From the human T2T-CHM13v2.0 reference genome, Homo sapiens: a DNA stretch of 64,000 nt. The translations under genes were made by a program, and so were the position numbers. The stretch lies in NCBI RefSeq assembly GCF_009914755.1, contig NC_060935.1; one strand, written 5' to 3'. Of the stretch, positions 1-13,149 are shown in pieces. The notes under the pieces were generated by a model that saw only the letters and a program-made list of their open reading frames with translations, made no database searches and was not told the DNA's origin. The first letter of the stretch is position 1, and every line of letters starts with the position of its first letter.

Positions 1-224
1 TGTCCTGTGTTACAGAAGGCTCTTGGCTCCTCTCCCTGCCTCACCAGGGGTCTGAGGATCTAATCCAAGAGGTGGGACAGGGCTTAGAGAAGTTATTAAG
101 GCCACATGGGGGAAAGCACTGCTATCAGCACATGGGGCATAAGCCAGAAAGCATTTCCAGAGGGTCCCTAGGCTGCTCAGTCAAGAGATCTGCAGGTTTC
201 AGGATTTACTGGGTATTTACTATG

Positions 225-410
225 TGCCTGGCAATGTTTTAGGCAAGCTATAAAGGGCTTAGAACATGTACAAGTCTCTGAGGTAAGCACTACTATCATC
301 TCCACTTTACAGATGAGAAAACTAAGTCACAGATTAAAGTAACTTGCTCAAGGTCACCTGCGCTTGGCAATTCAGCTCCAAGTCTGTGCTCTTAGCCATC
401 ATGCTACACT
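225..410. mobile_element. MIR SINE
   Basis: MIR core-like text: atctccactttacagatgagaaaactaag...aagtaacttgctcaaggtcac. Confidence 0.75.
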
Positions 411-689
411 GCCTCATAGCTTCCTCTCTGCCAATCAGCTGGGCTCTTGACAGTCTTCACCTTGAAGGGTGCTGAGCTTTGTGTCCAGATGCCAATGAAT
501 GTCGGACGACAGATGGACTATAGACTCTCGTGCTTACTTATGTCAAGTGACCTGGGTTCTCACCCTAGTTCTTCTAATGATTTGCTATGTAATTTTGAAC
601 AAGTTTTTGGGCTTGACTTTCTTGGCCGGAATCATCATTTTGATTTCACATGATCTTAGTGAGGCAAGAACAATAAGAGTAACATCCAA

Positions 690-900
690 CATGTACTGAT
701 TGCTTACCACATGCCAAGAACGGCGTTTAACATTTTACATCACTATCTCATTTAACCTTCCGAACAATCCAGTGAGACTGGCACCATTATGGAGCCTACT
801 TTACAGATGAGAAAGCTGATGTAAACAGAGGTCCTGGCCAACTCCACCTAGTAGAGTACAGTTGGGATTTGAACCCAAGCAGCTGGACTCAGATAGTTGT
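690..900. mobile_element. MIR SINE
   Basis: tttacagatgagaaagctga...gggatttgaacccaagcag. Confidence 0.75.
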
Positions 901-3419
901 TCTTTATCCCTTATCATATTGCTACTATAACTAAGTCTTTTGGGCTCCACCACCCTACCTTATGATGATATCACAGAACACCATTAAGGTTCCTTCCCAA
1001 GGCTTATTAGCTCTAGTAAGGAAAGTTAACAGAGCCACTCAATTTGGAAGAAATAGTATACAGGCTAATGAGAGAAAAAAATAAGTTCACAGATCTGATA
1101 AAGAAATCATATAAATGTACAAAGAATGCTTCTGAAGCAGCAAGATCTGGAGGTGTCAGTGTCTCTTTACAAATGAAGAAACTAGGGATCAGAGAGCCAG
1201 AACTAGAATTCACATCATCAGACTCCAGGCCAGTGCTCATTTCATTTCGTCAGCTGTCTTGGGAGGCAAATTAAAGGGAGCTTCTGTTTGGTAAAAGTCT
1301 ATTTTACACTGGGCTCTGAGAATGACACTTTCCATACATCACTCTTTGGGTCCCAGGTACACTGGCTACGTAGCTTAAAGTCCAGGGCTCTCTTGGATTT
1401 TGAAGGCAGGTCTCAAACATGCCTGTCATGTGGCTATAAAGTGTCTACGCAAAACACAGATTCTATAATGAGTTGACCCACAGGGCTAGCACAGGCAGGA
1501 GTTTCATAGAAGCACCACCTATGATTTAAAAATAAAATACATGGTTGTTTTTATGGAGCTTCTCATGCCTCTCATCTCCCAATGTGAAATGGGGACACAC
1601 TGGCAAGTTTCCAATCCAGCTTCCTAGAGCAGCTGAGAACAACGGTATCACAGTGAGGAGTTGAGAGACTGGATTGATTCTGGTTTTATTTCTTCCCCTA
1701 ATAGGTGACCTTAGATAAGCCTAAGAATGCTGTAGGGCCTCAGTTTTCTCATCTGAAAAGTGGGTCTAATTTAGCATCCATGCTATCTTCCCCATAGGAT
1801 CAAATGGGAGAGTAGATGGGGCACTGCTATGGTAAGTAGGAAGTGACGAATAAATACAAGTCAAGGAATAGGCACTTGCTGTGTGCTCACCATGATGTGA
1901 TGACATAAGTGATGAGCACACAGCATCGTCACTTGATGCTCACCATAACCTAAGATATGGGTTGGAGGGCTTTCACCTTGAGGCAAGAGAGCTGAAACTT
2001 CAAGGGGTAAAGTTTACCTGCCTAGGGCCAGTAGAAAGTAGAAGCACCGGAACCTGAAGCAAAGAATGGTTGCTCCAGAGCTCTGTCCACCACAGTGCAC
2101 TGCCTCCGAGGGTGGTGGTGTTACTTCCTTCTGAGTGAGGCATGCACTGAAGGATGCCAACATCATCCTGCACTGGGGTGAATTTGTCTCCCATTCAGTT
2201 GTGCCAACTAAAAAATTACTTGCATTATTAGTCTTTTAACAAGCCCCCTCTCCTTTCTACATCAGCAAGTCAGTAGATACTTTCCTTCTACTTCTACTGT
2301 GTATGAAGACATATGAAGACAGCTTGGATAAGGAGATTATAATTTGTAATTAAATATTAACCTTTCTGACAGTATTAAAATTAAACCACTCAGAATTCTT
2401 CATCCCTAATCAGGTGGTTCCTGCCCATAACTACATCTTCCCTAATAGTCCTGCTAGTTTATGGCCCTTTCCAGAGTGCTAATTGTTTCAATCGCTGCCA
2501 ACCTGATGAATTGACTTAAAAATGCTATCTCGGTCGGAGCGCATTAGCATGCTATGCGCTGCTTCTTGCTTGCCTGCTTGTCAAGTGGGTCTGCTCCAGG
2601 TTTGGTGGAGGCAGAGCACAGCTACTGGCAGAGCTAGGGGGAGTTTAAGAGCCTTCAGCCATTTATGAAGCAGAAGGGGGCTCAGGAGGACACAATCTGA
2701 GCTACCTTGTTTCTGTGGCTGCCAGTGGGGCAGGCAGGCCAGAAAGAGAACAGGAGTCCAAGACTCTGTGCTGCTGGGGCCACTTGGCTGGCAGAGGCCC
2801 AAGAAACTCCTCATTGCCTTGGCCAGGGAGGCTTTCCTTAGAAAGGCAAGAGCATCTGGGGTCTCGGGCGACCTCCTGCCCTGGATGCTGGGAAGGCTGG
2901 TAGGAGAATGTTTGGCTTTCAGTGAAATGTTTTTGCACTCTCTCCGAGGACTGCTGTCTCTGCACAAAAGCATTTCCTTTCTCCCTAAAAAGTTAAACTG
3001 AGCAGGCCTTGGAAAGCCTGAGTGTGAACAAACAGGGGATGGGGATGGCCCTCTCCTGTGGAGAATCCAGGGCTCTGAGCCATGGAGGAAGGGGGACTAT
3101 AAGTATCCCAGGCTCAAGACATAAGAAACCATGTTTAAAAGCTCATGCAGGATAGTGAGAGGCAACAAGGCATCCTCTTATTCCCACTTGTTTTCTCCTA
3201 CAGCCCCCAAGACTCCCATTAGCACAGCCATGACTGCACTGAACAGTAATGTTGTCTTTCTGAAGCTGTTTCCCCCTCCAACCTGAGCTCCTTGGAGCAG
3301 GGGGAGTGTCTTAATAAATGCTGTATTAGCAGCATCTAGTACAACACCTGGCATGGCACAGATGCTTGAAAATGTTGTATGGTAGATCTCACTTTGTTTC
3401 CTCAAGAGTCAGGCAGGGC

Positions 3420-3550
3420 AAGGATTATTATTCCTATTTTACAGATGAAGAAACTGAGGCACAAAGAGGTGGGATAACTTGCCCAAATCTCTGGAGCAAC
3501 TGGTGGCCAAGTTGGGGCCAGAGCTGAGGTCTGCTTCCTGGGTCAGGGCC
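3420..3550. mobile_element. MIR SINE just downstream of the 56-nt exon
   Basis: attattattcctattttacagatgaagaaactgaggcacaaagagg...aacttgcccaa. Confidence 0.8.
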
Positions 3551-3658
3551 CATCTTTTTGATTGCCTATTACTGAATTCAGAGGGTCAGATTTTTTGGGA
3601 TAGCAGGAATGGTGAGGTCTCCACGATCTGCAGATCAGACCTAGGTCCCAGTTCTTAC

Positions 3659-3714
3659 CTTTTTAGCATCTTTGTGCATATATTTGGCTGTCTGCTTGGC
3701 CAGCTCTGTTTTTC
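3659..3714 (-). CDS. CLPB: CLPB coding exon, 56 nt, phase 1-0; (G)KTELAKQTAKYMHKDAKK, second half of Walker A
   Basis: Acceptor cttctttcttactag|GA, donor AAG|gtaaga; completes GSSGIGKTELAK. Not in the ORF track. Confidence 0.98.
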
Positions 3715-4986
3715 CTAGTAAGAAAGAAGGGGGAGGTGTTGGGTTAGAACCAGGTGACTAACCGCTGGAATGAAAGAATACTAGAAATGCACGGACACTA
3801 GAAAGAATATATTCTATGGATGAGAATGTTGAGGCGCAGAAAGGATCAGCGACTCTCCCACAGTCACCTAGGGAGTTAATGGTGAAGCTGGGACCAAAAT
3901 CAAAGTCTGCACCTGCATCTTAATTTTTCTGGGATTGGGATTGAGGCCTTTTCTCTGTAGCACCATCCTAAGAGTGACAGGCTGACTTTATAATCCAGAA
4001 CCAACTTGCTTTTTAAAGCCCAGTACAAACCTCACCTCTTCTAGGAGTCCCCAGGCCTCCTGGCTCACTGCCCTGCATCCCTCTCAATACCCACAGTCCT
4101 GCCATTTAGCCAGGCCCTGGAACCACATGGCAGATAGAGGGTGGGAGGGGCTGAAGAGTACCTCTCACTGTGGCTTCACGGTCCTTCTTTGTAACACAGA
4201 GAAGGAATGACAATACTGAAGTGGGGGCTCTGAAGGGCCATTTGGTGGATGGTAACCTTTGGAAGTCCCTGACTAGTATAAAAGTCAAGTTCTGTAGCAT
4301 CATGGTCAGGTGGTGGTATCCTTTTGGGGGCCTACATCTGAGGGAGAGGCCCATGAAGATGCTGGGAGGGGAAGAGGAGGAAACTAAACCATGAAATTTC
4401 CCATCAGGTTCCCTTCAGGTTCCAGTGCTTCTGGTGGGAGGTGGTAGTGAAGGAATGGGGGGGTTCTGTCAGGGCAGAGAATGAAGGGGTAAGAATGCCT
4501 CGGATAATCCAGCCCAACTGGCTAGAAAAATACTCAACCCATCTTACTGCAACCAATTTTGCTATCCACCTGGCACCGTGGTGGTCATTAGGGGCCTTCT
4601 TTAGCATTTACAGCTAGGCTGTACTGAACATGGTTGATGTGCTGGGCAGAGGAGGTGGTTCAACTGTTCCCGAAGGGGAGGCTCTGCGCATGCAGAGTGG
4701 CTGGACCAGGGTTAATGGGCCCTGAAGGGCCTGGTCCTCCATGTGAATCAGTCTTAGCACCACAACTTCCAGAGGGAGGGGCATATTGCAGCTCTTCATA
4801 ACATGACAGATGGTAACAGAGTCCTCTTTCTTGGTGGCTCTGTAATCTGGAGGCCGTTGCTTTTAGAGCTCAAGTTGACCTAGAGCTGGACCTGCTGACC
4901 CTGGCCCGCAGCAGCTGGGGCTGTCAGACTTGGGCCGGGCACTACCCTAGCTCTCTGTCCCCACTGGCTGATCTGCTCCCAATTAC

Positions 4987-5064
4987 CTATTCCAGATGAT
5001 CCCAAGAAGAGGAAGACCAGAGGGTGTTCTTCATCGTACCAGCCATTCTCCTTCCTCCGGATCG
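4987..5064 (-). CDS. CLPB: CLPB coding exon, 78 nt, phase 1-1; (A)[25 protein letters not shown](G), first half of Walker A
   Basis: Acceptor tttggccgtag|CG, donor TAG|gtaatt; FLFLGxxGxG motif. Confidence 0.98.
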   Translation of the reverse strand, partial: RSGGRRMAGTMKNTLWSSSSWDHLE

Positions 5065-8000
5065 CTACGGCCAAACACACAAGATCAGGGGACAGGGAGG
5101 GAGGCAGATAAATCAATGACACAAAAGGCAGGATAATTATCACTAAGTATACAATATGTTTTACTGCTCTGCGCCCACTCAAAGTCCTCACTACCATTAG
5201 TGCTGCCTAATCTGATTAGCTGGCAAGGCCCCTAGAGACACGTAATCAGGTTAGCATGGATTTGGAAAGCTGCCCAGAGCAGATTTCGGATAAAGTTTTC
5301 CAGGATGAGCACTCAGCGTTGCTAGGGAAACTGAAAGGCGGGTGGATGGTGAATGGAGGTGAAGGGGGTGGGGGACTGGTGAAGGAGAATTCGAGAGGAA
5401 CTTCTGCTCTCACTGGTTACTCATCTACTCATCGCTAGTGGGACTACGGGCCGCCTCCTATGCAAATACAAGAGGCAGAAGCCCATGGCAGGCCCTTGGG
5501 GATGTGGGGTGTGAGCCCTGGACTCTTTCCTGTCTGGGGAAGCTAAGGTCTGGTCCACTGTCTGGGTCAGAAAGTGGAAACACAGCCAAATGCATTTTCT
5601 GGAAGTCAATCAAAGGCAATGTGGAGCTCAGGGCATGGAAGGGGTAAGCCACATGGTTACCAGAGATGCTGACCATAGCCTCCAGTGGTGGAGGGAGTGG
5701 GGAGCACGGGGAGTGGGACAGATAGGTACCAGGTTCCTTGGAGGCTCAACTCTGCTAGAGCAAGACCTGACCTCCTCTTCAAGAGGACGTATGTAATTAA
5801 GGGCTATGCATTCAATCTGAGAAAACTAAGTGCTTAATTATGGAGTAGGAGAATCAGGCTCAGAAACATTCTCAAGTATACGAGTGGGGGTGGAGTGAGG
5901 CAGAACTGCAAGAAGAATCATGCACTGAACATGCTGTATGCTAAGCACAATGGGAAAATTCACCAACAACGTATCTATTCAAGACCCACACAAATACCCG
6001 GAGAGGAAAGTAGTATTCTCAACTCCATTATACTGAACACGAAACTGAGGCAACAGATAGAGACTTGCCCAAGTCACACAACTAGTAGATGGCAGAGTTG
6101 CTTCTCTCTCTAAACCTGTCGTCTTTTTTTAAAAAAGTAACATATGGCTGCTCAAAAAAGTATGAATTTTGGTTGCACTAATGGAAACACGGCAGTCAGG
6201 AGCAGGAAAGAGAGTACTGTGTAATGTCAAGGTCAGTCTGCAAATGGAACAGCATGTCTGATCTGGTCCCCAGGGTGTCAGGGGAAAATTAGCTAAGGGA
6301 TAGATGTCAGAGAACAAGGCCTGGAACACTAGTCAATGGGGAAAGATTTGACAGTGTTTGGGATGTGTCTGCCCATCTTGAGTTGCCAAGATCCTAACTA
6401 CTATACTGTGTGGTTGGATTTCAAAGAAACGACTGCAGAGGTCTGGGAAGGTTCTCTGGAAGAGGCAGGACTGGTGATGGATCATGGAGGATGGGCAGGA
6501 TTTGAAGAGGCAAAGGTGGCCAGCATGTCAGAGGTGGAGAGACAGGAATGATCATGAGGAGTGGTGGGGTGGGACCAGACTGTGAAGGTCTGGAATACTG
6601 TTTTAGGAGTTCAGCCTCAAGCCAGTGGTCTTTCTCATCTCGATCTCTAATGTTCCTGCCTAAAATACGACTTTCTCTCTACTTCTGGCCTCAGTAGAAA
6701 CAGATGGAAGCTGTGCAAATTCATGGACATCAGACTAGCCACTTCTGCCTGCCCAGAAAATGCTCCCTGAGAATCCTGAAAGAGGCCTGAGAAAAAGCTC
6801 AGTATAACCTCTCTCCTGGGCAAGAATCCAGATTTTGTCTAAACTAACTGGCCCAGGATCTCTGGAAAGGCTGGCTATAAGGGGAACCCACAGACCTCAT
6901 AGGTACCTGAATGCTGGGGATGAAGAGGGAAAAGTGCAAGCTTGGCTAAGCGGGGAGTCCCTGGTGTCCAACAGAAACAGGGAGCTGAGAGTGTGGGTAT
7001 CTGAGGAAGTGAAGATATTGAAACGGCAAAGGCTAGACTTGTGAATACTGTGTGGACATGTGTGTACGTGTTAGGGCAGGGGTGACAGCAGTGACGTGAA
7101 AGGAGCCGTGTTCTTCTAAAAGTTGGCTAAATTAAGAGTCTAGGTTGGAAACAAGTTGAGCATGAACTGAGTTCAAGCTTCATGGGGTATTTGGGGAGGG
7201 AGATGTACCCAGACATCCCCCTACGTGGGTTCTGCAGGGTATCATGTACCTGGGGTTCTGATCCTGCCTTTTCTTTTAAGGTAGCATCCCAGCCCACAGA
7301 GAGCTGCACACTGCTGGGCTGTGCAGTACAAAAACACCATGGAGAATGAGGAATTGAATTATGCCTGGGGCCACTGTTCCCCGCTTCTTTTCTAAGAATG
7401 CACCTGGGAGAGAGCTCTTTATAATGCCAGGCAGACTTCACTGCACAGCTGTCCCTGGTCAATTCTGCCCGACCTAGGGCATGAGTCCGGGGTGGGCTTG
7501 ATGTGGGTCCCCTGTGAAACAGGTGAAATGCCAACCATTAAGCAATTCCAACTCTGGATATTTCTAATAATATCTGAAGAGAAAAACAGCCAAGCAGATG
7601 GAGTCTGACAGAATGAAAAATGGTGGCAGCTAGGAAGGACTGGAGAAGGCGGGCCCTAGTGTTTGTGGTTGGCAGGGTGGCCGAGGACCAAGGCTATGGG
7701 CCTTGAGGATCCCGTCAGGCCAGAGTAGAGGCTGGGACAGAGACCTGCATGGGCCCACGTGGGAGGTGGCCATAGTTGTTGTTGCTCTCACTGTGGCCAG
7801 CAAATGTATTTACAACTGACTCACTTCAACATTTCATTGTTGTCTATAAAGAACTTCTGTAGACATAATTTCATTTCAGCCTTGTGAGGTAAGCAGAACA
7901 GGGGACTTGATTTCCATTTTATAGGTGAGGAAACATGCACGCAGAAGTTAGATGACCTGCTTAAGGTTACAGGGGGAAGAAACAAAGACCCTGGGCTTTA

Positions 8001-8489
8001 CCCTCAGTTCTGGCTTAGCCTGAGCCTGCGCTGTACTATGGGAGCTTAGAGGAAGGTCAGCTCTCCTCCTCTGACTCTCCGCTGCCACAGCACCTCCTCA
8101 CACCCTGACTCCTTGGAAAACGTTCTCTGTAGTCTTCCAATCTGGCCTGCTCAGCCATTCAGCACATGGCCTCAGGAGCCCCTGTCCCCTAACCCTGTCT
8201 TGGTCACTGCTCTTGGGCTAGAGATGGTGTCAGGGCCCTCTGCACAGGCAGCCTGGCTCCCTTCTCTGGCCAGTCCCATCGCCACAAGCTCCAGGCAGGC
8301 TGCTCTGCCTCCCAGCAGGTAGTGCCGGGTGCCCACCTGGCTTGTGTTCTGCTTTCTCCTGGCCATGCTTGTCACTACTGGACCATCTGAAAACTCACCT
8401 GCAACAGCTCTTTTTGATTCACTCCACCACACCACATCTAGCCATTAACTTGCAGGTCTGTATTCTCTGGCATGCATTCATCTACCGGG

Positions 8490-8700
8490 TGGTATAGTGG
8501 AGAGGGCAGGAGTTACAGGATCTAGCATGGAGTCCCGCCTCTGTCACTTACCAGCTGACTGACTTTAAATAAAACACTTATTCCTTTAGAGCCTCCGTTT
8601 CTTCCTCTATAAAATGGGAACAGTCACATATACTGTGTCAGCCCCACATGCAGATTAAACAAGTTAATGGTGATGAAAGCAATTTGTAAGTGGCAAGGAG
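8490..8700. mobile_element. MIR SINE
   Basis: cctctgtcacttaccagctg...gagcctccgtttcttcctctataaaatgggaa. Confidence 0.7.
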
Positions 8701-10139
8701 TGGGATAACAATAAGAGTAAAAATAATGGTAGTCATAGCAGCAGCAATGGTAGTTACCATTAGCTTTGGTATTTTACAGTAACTCTTTCATCCTCCTAAT
8801 AATCCTGATAAGTAGGTGTTATCTCCATTTTACACAGGATACCGAGGCTCAGAGACGGGCAGTGTAAGGTGTTTCATCTACCTGTGCCCTTGTGTCTGGC
8901 AGGGAGGGTGTGCCCCCAATCTGACCATATTCCATGGGAGCAGGTGCTGGGTGTCCTGGGTGCCCTATTTTCTGAGGACCCCTGAGACTAGCCCAACACT
9001 GGTTTAATACTTGCTGACTAAATGAATTATTGGTCTTTCTCAAATTGCAAGGGAGAAAGAACAGGTACTTCAACTCATTTTACAGAGAACAGGAGAAGAG
9101 TAAGGCCTAGACTTGAGTCTCTTAGTGCCCCAGGTAGTTACTACCACTCTTGCATGAAGAAGGCTTCCACTTTCTTCTAAATCCTTCTCCAGGAAGCCTT
9201 ATGTATTTGTTTAGCAAAAAAGCTCTGTGCTAGGTGCGGCGGCCCTCACAAAGAGGCCTCAAAAAAGGTGCGTGCCATAGAGGTAAAGGCTGCTATGAAA
9301 ACTGTGGGCTCCAAACGGGATGGGTGCACAGAGGGAAGTATGGGAAGAGCCATTTGTGCTGGCCTGACATTTGTGCTTGAAGGGTGAGAGGGAGATTGCC
9401 AGCCACTTGCAGGTATGATGGGACATTCCAGGAAGAAGGCCCCAGTGTGTGTACAACCAAAAAGGCAAGAGCGGCCTCCTCCTTCCACCCCAGGCCTTTG
9501 TTTCTGTCCAGCTCAAGGTTCTAGGGCAGTCTGGGTGGGCTGACTTACCTTTCTTGATAGGTGCCAGGGATATAGTGTGGGAGGTTTTTTATAACCTAAT
9601 CTGGAACATGTTTGTCACATGTCTGTGGCATCTCCTAGTGGGAACCAGTCCTTCAGAGGGACTCTCATGGTTGAGAGTCATACAAATGTTTATCAGCAAT
9701 TGCCTGACAACTGCTTGTAGGTTCAAGGAACATGGTAAGTACTCGACAGGTGCCTACTGAGTGGATACTGATGCCTTGGGTTTGGTGGATCATGAAAGAG
9801 CTCTCTTCTTAGTCCTTAGTAAGGATTATTCTTTCTGCAGGCAAACTATTGCTGCCAAGTGGTTAACAACTTAAAAATGCAAGTAGTAGCTTCTTACAAG
9901 ACCTAACATTGTGCGTGAGCTCAGGCTTCATTCACTGAGTTCAACAACTTTTTATACACCTGTGTGCCCAACCTTACAGAAAAAGAGCTGGTGTGCAGTA
10001 GCTCTGGACTTTTGGAGGGAGAAAGACATACAAACATAGTAGATAACATGTGATAAAGGTATTCCTAGGAATCCCAGGGAACGAGCCCTGAATCCAGGAG
10101 GACTGAGGAGGGCAACCTGCAGAAGGCCTAGGTCTCTTC

Positions 10140-10300
10140 TTTTTTAAATGGGTATTTGTGGGGTACATGAGATATTTCGATATAGGCATACAATCCATAA
10201 TAATTACATCAAGGTAAATGAGGCATCCTTCACCTCAAGCATTTATTATTTCTTTGTGTTACAAACATTCCAATTATACTCTTTCAGTTGCTTTAAATGT
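10140..10300 (-). mobile_element. L1 (L1MA-like) 3' fragment
   Basis: tatttgtggggtacatgagatattt...tacaatccataataattacatcaaggtaaatg...ttccaattatactctttcagtt resembles an antisense L1MA 3' end. Confidence 0.65.
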
Positions 10301-12625
10301 ATAGTAAAGGGCCTAGGTCTTGAATGTCTCAGCAGACAACGTGGAAGGGCAGGGCAGTCCAGCAACGAGAAAGCACAGCAAATGACTTCAGAAGTAACAT
10401 GATGTGGGGTGGAACTGCAAGCAGTTTTGTAAGTTAATCACTACAACTCCACAACCCAGGGATGACCTAGATGTATTTCTCAGATGAGGATTCAAAGGGA
10501 GAGTCCAGAAGGGTGCAAAGCTTGGGAAGATTATGTTTTTGGGCTGGTCAAAGAGGGAAGTGAAGCATGAGATCTGGTGGTGTGCCGTGGTGGCCATACG
10601 CAATCCTTCTGTAATATGGAATATGCGTCATACTCTGGCAGAGCCGAACACATGAGGTGGCAGAGCTTCCCCAGGGGAGCATGTGGCTTCAGAGGGTCAA
10701 CCGGGACTAGGTGGACGGAAGCTCGGGACAGGTTCCTGGTCAGAAGGAGCTCCGAGAAAGCTGCCGGGTATGTGCAGGCTGACCTGCTGCCCAGGAGAGG
10801 CTTCTTAGAGCAGGTCTGGGGAATAGCCTGCCCACCCCAGGGGTCAAAGGTCAAGGAGTATGGCTGTAATAAGCTATTCTATAGTTGTATTCCCAGTATG
10901 CTGTGGGCTACTAGAGAGCAGGTGTTGCAGCTTCTCTGTTTTACCTCAGGGTACATCCTAGAGCCCATGAGGGCCTGGGCTCTGGGGCCATTCCCTAGAG
11001 ATGGACAAGGGGCCAGACCAAATTCTTTAATTTAACAAACTGCACTAAGCATCTACTTTGAGCAGGGTGCTGTGCCAGGAATTGGGAGCACAAAAACGAT
11101 TAAGTCATGTTATCTCCCCTCAAGCAGCCTGCAGTCAATTGCTCCTGAACTGAGTTAGGCTAAGTAAAAACCAGCCAGTGTGTCGGCAATGGGCTGGGGT
11201 GGGGTGGGGGAAGGGCCAGAAGGGAAGGATTGCAAGCAGAGAGGGTGGCAGACAAATGCAGGCAGGAAATCGACAGAGTATGTGCAGAGAGGCAGAGGCA
11301 GGCCATTGTGGCTGGTGCATGCAGCACAAAGCAGGGAGCAGCAGGAGCAGGCCTGCATGCCAGGTTAGGGCAGCAAGGAACACGCAAAGGTTTTAAACAG
11401 GAGTGGTACTGTTAGATACGTGTTTTGCAAAGATCACTCCAACTGGTGAGAACTGATTCTAGGGGAAGGAAGGGAGGCAGGGACACCAGTGAAGGAGCTG
11501 CCTGGTTCAGATAGGAGACGTGGACACCCTGAGTTAGGGCAGTGGTATTAGGAAGAGAGTGGAAAGGCCAGGTGTTTGATCCTTCATTGGCTGTAAGGGG
11601 TGAGGGGGAGGGAGGGGCCAAGGAAGCATCTGAGTTTCTATTTAAGAGACCAGTGAATGTGGTCTCTACACAGATCAGAACACAGGAGATGAGCAGGCTG
11701 GGGAGGGGGAGGAGTCTGGTTCTGTATGTGCTGAATAGATAGCTGGTTGCCTTTCTGAGGAGCATGGTGGGGCTTAGAGGTGCTGAGCTCCCAGGAAGTC
11801 TGCCCAACAGGGCAGGCAGCCTCCCTTCCTCAGGATCGAGAGCAGCTCTGGATTCTGGAAGGAGAGCCTCACTTTCAATGCCAAGGCTCTGGCTTGCAGG
11901 TTGTCCTGGTTTGGCTCCAGTGGCCCTAGACCAGAGAGGCCATGGGGGCCTGAGCTGTGAGGCTGACGCTTTATCTCCTCCGTTTGTAAGGTGGTAACTG
12001 TGCGCCAGCCTTGCTAGAGGCCCTGCAGCTGGGGATCACACTGATAAATTCACTGTATTACTTTGCACAAATCAATATCCCAGCACTTACCAGGGGTTGA
12101 TGTGACCGAAATTGGTTTCAGCCAATTCGTGAGGGTAATAAATGGCCATTTATCAAATCAATTCATTCTGCGGCACTTCTCTGGCTGCCCATCCTCATGG
12201 TACCCATGGGGTGCCAGGCTCCATCCAGCCAGTCCCTACCACACATGTGACACTAGCTTGGAGAACTCAGGGAGGCCTAGCCTAGCCTCTAGATCTGCCT
12301 CACTCTCCTGGACCTGCTTCAGTTTGAGGTCCCGAGGTGTTGGGTGCTGCTTGCCTACCATAAGTTCTGACCCAGAGAGTGCTTCATGCTTCAGCTGGGC
12401 TGGCAGTTGCAACCACCGGGCTGCCTTATTCCCTCATGCTTGGGTTTAGAAGCCTCTGGGAGCTAGTCACAAGGACTGGGCATGGCTCTGAACATTATCA
12501 TTGTGATCCCCAGCTGCAGGGCTTCTCAGCAAGGTGGATGCAGTAACTTCCTTACAAATGGAGGTTAAAAAGCACCAACCCCTCAATCCAGGCATACCAC
12601 ACGACCAGGTAGGGCCTTCCTGGGG

Positions 12626-12799
12626 CAGTGGTATTTTAAACTTCAGCTGAGTGTCAGAATCACCTGAAGGGCCTGTTAACATACAGATCCCAGAATTTTT
12701 GATTCCACAGGTATGGAATAAGCCTGAGATCTGATTTTTAACAGGTTCCCAGAAGATAGTGATGCCGCTGGTCCAGAGACCATGCTTTGAGAACCACTG
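12626..12799. mobile_element. MER5A-like hAT-Charlie DNA transposon (MITE)
   Basis: Terminal inverted repeats CAGTGGT...ACCACTG; internal tcagaatcacctgaagggcctgttaa and tttaacaggttcccag...gatgccgctggtcc...ctttgagaaccactg. Confidence 0.85.
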
Positions 12800-13149
12800 T
12801 GTTGGGGGATACACCTTTGTCTTGGCCTGGCCTGGGGTTCCTCTTCCCTTGCCTCATCTATCTGAAATCAAGCCCAAGGAGTGGTGCTCCAGAGTCGGAG
12901 AACAAAGATGAGGCCACTGTATTCAGCAGAACCTTAGTTTTAATTATCTGCTCGTTGGGTCTGCACAGGCAGGAGGGCCATTACATTAGGGATTACACCA
13001 GAGGGCAGTCTGGCTCCCAGGGATCAAAGTATGGAAATAAGAGCTTCATGGGTGGAGAAGACACTCAAAAGTTGCTCAGGATATTTTCTATAAAATTAGG
13101 CCAGCTGCTGACAAACTATCTGGAAGTGACAGAAGAGTCCCAAGTTGAC

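Noticed and set aside
9541-9602. Perfect minus-strand donor AAG|GTAAGT with a possible 52-nt stop-containing exon (9549-9600)
   Set aside because: The acceptor has almost no polypyrimidine tract, and isolated consensus donors are common decoys in long introns.
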